A DNA stretch of 64,000 bases from Antechinus flavipes. Lineage: Eukaryota. Under the pieces are notes generated by a model, which worked only from the letters and a program-made list of their open reading frames with translations, was not told the DNA's origin and ran no database searches. The stretch spans positions 569,966,001 to 570,030,000 of the forward strand of contig NC_067399.1 in assembly GCF_016432865.1 (NCBI RefSeq), written 5' to 3'. Below are positions 62,670 to 64,000 of this stretch, piece by piece. Each line of letters opens with the position of its first letter. Position 1 is the stretch's first letter. Made by a program: the position numbers and the translations under genes.

Positions 62670-64000
62670 GGTTCTAGTTTATGCCAACAGAATGGCACTC
62701 TATGCTCTAGAACAGAGCTGCTTAAACCTTTTCACCTGAGAAATGAGTGCCTTGAACAGAATCAAACCATTCAATCAATCTGTTTTAGGGAACTATCTGT
62801 TCTAGCAAGATTTTGCTCACCATGGACACAGTCTTCTGTGCCGGGGAAAGGCTTCCACCCAAGTGGTGAGGAGACAGAGCACTACCACCAGATACCTCAG
62901 TCTCTCTCTACTGGTGGCACCTCAGTGAACTGTAACTGTATACTCCGGGCCAGCCTCCCTTAGGATAGTGTCTCTGGCTGCTTTTATTCAGCCTTCAACA
63001 AATAATACAGCCATCAGTCACCTGCCGGAGATATATACTTGGCTAAAACTGTGTCACACAGATTCTGGACATTAAAATAACTACCCTGATGTAGGTACTA
63101 TAGGATCTGTCTTGTAGTGGCTTTGTTTAAGAACTCTCTCTTAACTGGGAGAAATCACCTCCCTCAATAGTCCTGCTGGCTTCCCAGTTCCTGGACCCTT
63201 TTTACTTCCTTTTTTTTTCTTTCTTGCTGAGGCAATTGGGGCTAAGTGACTTGCCCAGGGTCACACAGTTAGGAAATGTTGAGTGCCTGAGGTCACATTT
63301 GAACTCAGGTCCCCTTTACTTCCTTTTCCACTAGAGGGGAGGGCTTTGGGTCAGGGCGGAAAAGGGGAATTAGGATCAATATTGTTTCAGTCATTTGCTG
63401 CTCCAGTTCTCCAGCTCTCTTGGCCTCCTTATTGGATAGTCTATTGCCTTGCGCCTCAGAAAAATTCCCCTTCTGATGCCCATTAATATTTACCAAAGCC
63501 ATAGACTTAGGCAGACGCAAGTTTTCCATTACCTATATTAATAGAGTGTTGTGAGCCAGCTTTTTGCCTTTACTATTCACCATACCCTTTCCTTTCCCCC
63601 ATATTTTTCCAAACACATGGATCATTTCCCAGGCATGCTTTGAATCTGTATGGATATTCTCTTCTTGATTCTCCAATAACTTCAAGGCCTGATTTAGCAC
63701 ATGAAACTCACAAGTCTGCACAGACCAGTTATTTGGAAATCTCCCCAGTTCCACTACAACAGTCTTATCCCCCCAAATGATTGTATAACCATGCCTCCTT
63801 TTTCCTTGTATGAACCAATTTACTCTCCCAGTGATGAGTAACTTTTGTCAATCCTTGTGGGTTTTTGTCTGAAAGTCTATTAGTTCCAGGTCCTTCCTTG
63901 TTTAATTTCAGATTATATTTCCCCAATAGAAAGGTTGTGGGATTCTGATTGGTGTCATGGTTAAGATCAAATCATCCTTTTCCACTAAGATGTCTTCATA
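62670..64000 (-). mobile_element. Degraded class I (gamma/epsilon-like) ERV pol fragment: RT connection, RNase H and integrase; runs off the window
   Basis: Minus-strand peptides YEDILVEKDDL, NNWSVQTCE..NQALKLLENQE..IHTDSKHA, NGHQKG..QGNRLSNKEAKRA, LHQGSY...CIIC, QFTEVPP..LRYLVVV..TWVEAFP, ILLEQIVP..FDSVQGTHF; many stops and frameshifts. Confidence 0.88.
63214..63314 (-). mobile_element. 5'-truncated WSINE1-like SINE inserted in the ERV
   Basis: CORE-SINE body with T-tail; 13-bp TSD tttacttcctttt at 63201-63213 and 63315-63327. Confidence 0.85.

Noticed and set aside
62398-64000. Search for BLM exon 1 or a CpG-island promoter
   Set aside because: The sequence is CpG-poor and explained by SINE and ERV remnants, so exon 1 must lie beyond the window.

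Overview
AT-rich marsupial genomic DNA. An australidelphian, probably dasyurid, origin is inferred from WSINE1-type SINEs and L1 3' UTR types. The window holds the complete coding sequence of BLM (Bloom syndrome RecQ helicase) on the minus strand: 21 coding exons (exons 2-22 in human numbering) from ATG at 62393 to TAA at 12139, all introns GT-AG, summing to 4347 nt = 1448 aa in an unbroken frame. Non-coding exon 1 and the promoter lie beyond position 64000. The rest is intron and 3' flank filled with L1, L2, RTE, MIR/MAR1/WSINE SINEs, MITEs and microsatellites. I see no prokaryote-type or wholly new gene system. The best leads are: a TSD-flanked L1 fragment carrying two successive polyA-signal/polyA-tail units (serial 3' transduction, 46451-46797); a decayed class I ERV pol in sense orientation just upstream of the first coding exon (62670-64000); a ~1.97-kb near-identical tandem duplication joined at A-tract microhomology (6491-10441); and divergence of the BLM N-terminal region (human T99/T122/S144 motifs absent, exon 7 36 codons longer). 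Human comparisons and repeat family names come from recalled sequences, not from an alignment run here. Repeat boundaries are approximate unless a TSD is given.
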